A stretch of DNA of 49,959 nt from Selaginella moellendorffii (taxonomy: Eukaryota; Plantae; Lycopodiophyta): contig NW_003314461.1 in the NCBI RefSeq assembly GCF_000143415.4, forward strand, positions 22,756 to 72,714. Direction: 5' to 3'. Position numbers and translations under genes: made by a program. Shown one piece after another: positions 46,340 to 49,959 of the stretch. The notes beneath the pieces are model-generated. The model was not told where the DNA came from. It saw only the letters and a program-made list of their open reading frames with translations, and ran no database searches. Positions within the stretch are counted from its first letter, which is position 1; each line of letters begins with the position of its first letter.

Positions 46340-48214
46340 TCACCGAGTTACCTTGACTGGATGAATCTGCGAAGACCGCCTCTTGGCTGGCTTTGGAGAA
46401 GGCGCTCTGGAGCCTGATCTGCTGCTTGCCGGAGACTGCGACTTGGGAGTGGCACTGTCCTCGGCCACCGAGAGCCTCCGCAACCATTTGACAGCTTTGA
46501 GGGGCTCCGCCTCCAGCGTCTTGGACTGCGACATGAGAAGCGTTGTGAACCACAACACGCTGGCTTTGGGCTGCCTCTTCAAGTCCAGGTCCTCTTGGTC
46601 CACGAAGAACAGGCCGAACTTCTTGGTGTAGCCCTGCGACCACTCGAAGTTGTCCACCAGCGACCACACAAAGTATCCCCGGACGTCCGCACCCTTCCGC
46701 ATTGCTCTCACCACCGCGGCCATGTAGCCTTGGTGGTACCTGATGCGCTTCGTGTCATGCAAGCGCTCGGGCAGCGGGATTGTTTTGTCGTCCTGGTCGT
46801 CCATGCCGTTTTCGGTGATAAAGATTGGTGGCCGGTTGTACCTGTCGGTTATCCAGTTGAGGAACTTCTCCATCCCCCACGGAACCATGTAGAGCCACTC
46901 TGAAGCCGCTCGCTCTCCAATCGGCACCCCCATCTTGCTCTCCGTGGCAGTCACGACGGCCTGGTCGGTGAAGTAATTCACCGGTGTTGTAACTTTGGGA
47001 GCTGGAGCAGCCTTGACGTACCGGGACGTGTAGTGATTAATTCCAATGTAGTCGAGTGAGCGTCGCAAGCTCGATATCTCTTCGGCAGTGAACCTCGGCA
47101 ACCTGTCCCCAACGTTCTGTCTCATGCACTCCGGATAGTCACCGAAGAAAATGGGATCTAGAAGCCAGCCAAGCTGAAACTCGATACGTCGCTGCGCGGC
47201 CTGCTGGTCCTCAGGGGACTCCGTGAAAGGCTCGGACCACTCGCCATCGCAAGCCAGACCAATCACACCACCTTGCTCGGACTGGAACTTTTTCCTGTAT
47301 ATTTCCACAGCTGCAGCGTGAGCCAGGAGCGCGTGGTGAACCGCAAGATATGGTTCCACCGCTGAATCACCGGCTGGAGACCTGGACTTGTCCGAGCACC
47401 TTCCAGGAGCATGGACGCCTGTCCCGTAACCGTTGACGCAAAACTGTGCCGGCTCGTTCAGCGTGATCCACTTCTTCACCCTGTTCCCAAATCTTGCAAA
47501 GCAAATCTCTGCGTAGCCTGCAAAGTAGTCCACCACTCGAGGATTTATCCAGCCTCCCACAATTGGTGCATCGTCGTGGATTCTCTGCGGAAGATCCCAA
47601 TGGTAGAGTGTAACAAACGGCTCCAATCCTTTGCTGAGAAGCTTGTCAATGAGATGGTTGTAGTACTCCACACCTTTCTCATTCACGGAGCAGGAAGTGC
47701 CACCCATTCCGTCTGGGATGATCCGAGACCAGGAAATTGAAAACCTGTACGCGTTCATACCCATCTCGGACATCAAGTTGACGTCTTCCTTGTACTTGTG
47801 ATACTGGTCCACTGACTTGTAGCCATTGCGACCGTCAGCAATCCGTCCAGGTACGTTGCAGAAAACATCCCAGATGGACAGTCCTCGGCCACCTTTTTTC
47901 GAAGCTCCTTCCACTTGATACGCGGACGTTGCAGTCCCGAAGGTAAAATCGTCCGGGAAATCCACGCGACGGACCTCATCGTATTCAGCAACAATTCCAG
48001 GAGGCCCGCCTTCGCTGCTGCTTGATGGTGACGGGGAGTTCACGTCCAGGATCAGGGAACGACGAGCTGAAGAACTCATCCACACCTGTTCAAGGGTCTG
48101 AATTCCTCCAGAAGAACCAGCATCATCTTCGTGTGTTGCGGCATTGTCGGAGGCTTGATGGACGTCATCCGCTGGACTACCGGGGTCATCCTCTGTTGCT
48201 TCCTGTTCCTCCAT
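46340..48214 (-). CDS. Glycoside hydrolase family 1 beta-glucosidase, intronless, no signal peptide
   Basis: FTFGTATSAYQVEG, YRFSISWSRI, TLNEP (acid/base), ITENG (nucleophile), WSLVDNFEW; acidic N-terminal and S/R/K-rich C-terminal extensions. Confidence 0.95.
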   Translation of the reverse strand: MEEQEATEDDPGSPADDVHQASDNAATHEDDAGSSGGIQTLEQVWMSSSARRSLILDVNSPSPSSSSEGGPPGIVAEYDEVRRVDFPDDFTFGTATSAYQVEGASKKGGRGLSIWDVFCNVPGRIADGRNGYKSVDQYHKYKEDVNLMSEMGMNAYRFSISWSRIIPDGMGGTSCSVNEKGVEYYNHLIDKLLSKGLEPFVTLYHWDLPQRIHDDAPIVGGWINPRVVDYFAGYAEICFARFGNRVKKWITLNEPAQFCVNGYGTGVHAPGRCSDKSRSPAGDSAVEPYLAVHHALLAHAAAVEIYRKKFQSEQGGVIGLACDGEWSEPFTESPEDQQAAQRRIEFQLGWLLDPIFFGDYPECMRQNVGDRLPRFTAEEISSLRRSLDYIGINHYTSRYVKAAPAPKVTTPVNYFTDQAVVTATESKMGVPIGERAASEWLYMVPWGMEKFLNWITDRYNRPPIFITENGMDDQDDKTIPLPERLHDTKRIRYHQGYMAAVVRAMRKGADVRGYFVWSLVDNFEWSQGYTKKFGLFFVDQEDLDLKRQPKASVLWFTTLLMSQSKTLEAEPLKAVKWLRRLSVAEDSATPKSQSPASSRSGSRAPSPKPAKRRSSQIHPVKVTR

Positions 48215-48323
48215 CTATCTAGCTCCAAAATTGTAACTGAATTTTGCGCGCGGACGCAAAAATATGGATTTCGCGCGACGACGTCATGTGTCACCGGCTC
48301 GAATCCTGACAGTGCCACTTTCA

Positions 48324-49959
48324 CTAGAGTCTCGGAACTGGAGCAATACACTCGTACAGTCGTCCCATCCGAGCAGTTATCAAGAGCTTGTAGTGTGTGT
48401 CCAAATTCGGCTTTGCAAGGTCCAATACATCCTCCCGCAAGCTGCACACAACCGTTGAATCAATACAGCTTCGTTCGAATTTAAGCTACTTACCTGAACC
48501 ATTCAGCCTTAGAGATGCCATTCTTAGAGAGGGCACGGTACAGCCTGTCAAGGGCATAGAGCAGCATTCCATACTGCCACAACGCTTGGCTTTCCTGAAA
48601 GAACAGCAGAATCATACAAAGGAAACGAAAAAATGCATACCTCGTTTTTATCTTTAAAAAGCTGGTATTGAATCACTGCTCTTTCGGCTTCAGCGACGAG
48701 CATTCTCCTCCGAAGCTGCGCCTTACGCCCCCTACCTTCTGCACCTTTAGACTGTAAAACGTGTTAGTGAAACAAATGTCCAGATAAGTGGCCGATACCT
48801 TGGAAAGTGAAACCCGAATCAAATATCCTAGGAAAACCGCAAAAATTACAGCAGGAAAAGCAGCCAAAATCGCAAAGTTAATCTCGTTGGCTCGCAATAT
48901 TTGATTTAGTTCCAGCATCGCACTGCGGAACACAAAAGTGAAAAGGAATCTTCTATATCAACTGCAAAAGCTTACGCACGTTTCAATGTCAAGTTTTAGC
49001 TTCTGAACTTGAATCAGCAACGCCCTCGCAAGTTCTCCACCAAGAAGGCTCTGAAGCGGGTGTGTCAACTCCTTTTCATATCTGAAAACAGAGAACAGTG
49101 AAGGAGCGACAACTTTAAACCAGACCTGCTCATCATTATCTCCATCATTTGTTGCTCTGTCGCATCGCTAGGAAGATGACCACCGCTTGTTTGCTCCGCA
49201 AATGCCTTCAACATCCTGCAGAGACATAAGAACAAATAACACAAAATAGGAATAGTGGAAAAGAAAAGAAAATTAACAAAACCTGCTCAAAGATGCTGCA
49301 GTTAATCGAACGTCTCCTACTTCCGCTGATCCTTGGTGACGCTTTCGAAATGTTTCAAAGAGATCGTCCCTGATAGACAAGAGCTGGAAACATTCCTGAT
49401 TAGGAGTGTCTGTTACTAATCGCGAGCAAAATTTACCGGTTCCTCAACGTGCTCTTGGTAGAAATCTTTAATGGCCTCTGCACCTTGTCGGATCCAGTTG
49501 TCAAGGTCGTCACTACCAGCTAGCCGGCTATGTTTTCCAATCCACCCGGAAATAACAACGAACGCTAAAGCAGTGACAGAATAATGGATCCAAAATCTAG
49601 TTATCTTCTTGGGCCTCTCATATAAAGGCAACTGCACAATTAAGCTAGTCAGGAAGTACAAGTAACGAGGCATCTTACCAGGAACGCCATGCACTCTTTG
49701 ATGTTGCTGAGATTTGCACGTAAGCACCGAACGACCATCCCAATTTCTTCGTCCGTCCAATCTCGTTTGGACATGATTTCTTTCGGTACTTCAGCGACAT
49801 GCAGGCGGGCCTTCACGTCCTTGGAAGTGTTTGGACCATAGTAGGCACTCTACACGTGAAAAACAAATTAAACCATGGATTGATTAGCACAACTCTACTT
49901 ACAGGAGGTAAATCGTAATTTCTTTCGAGCTTGATCATTGCATCGTAGACATTTGTCAA
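48324..49959 (-). CDS. DGS1: DGS1 / NCA2-family mitochondrial membrane protein, multi-exon, 5'-partial
   Basis: PLYERPKKITRFWIHY, HSRLAGSDDLDNWI, EHVEEP, LLIQVQKLKLD, AMLELNQILRANEINFAILAAFP. Last exon LREDVLDLAKP...VPRL* with stop at 48326-48324. Confidence 0.9.

Overview
Eukaryotic plant genomic DNA with very short (~50-70 bp) introns, tight gene spacing and an assembly gap at 1244-1919. This fits a compact lycophyte genome such as Selaginella (inference, not verified). The left gene island has a VIT1/CCC1-family transporter, the multi-exon golgin CASP, a Methyltransf_29-type SAM methyltransferase and a spliced DIS3/DIS3L-like pseudogene fragment. About 11.0-33.9 kb is a nest of LTR retroelements. 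An old Ty3/gypsy chromovirus (A) was hit by a young non-coding element with 1.8-kb minisatellite-bearing LTRs (C, TSD GAATT) and by a younger copy of its own family (B). B in turn carries a solo LTR (D, TSD CCTAG) and a complete 5S-rRNA-containing Cassandra-type TRIM (E, TSD GTGGG). The right island has an intronless STAND/AAA-like P-loop NTPase, two duplicated COMT-like O-methyltransferases, an intronless Crinkler/Uma2-like REase-fold gene, a ~2.6-kb patchwork of fragments of neighbouring genes, an intronless GH1 beta-glucosidase and the 3' part of DGS1/NCA2. The best candidates for undescribed biology are a multi-hairpin RNA with two tRNA T-loops inside element C, the Crinkler-like NTPase/REase pair, and the local gene-fragment mosaic. 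All family assignments come from motif recognition without database searches.
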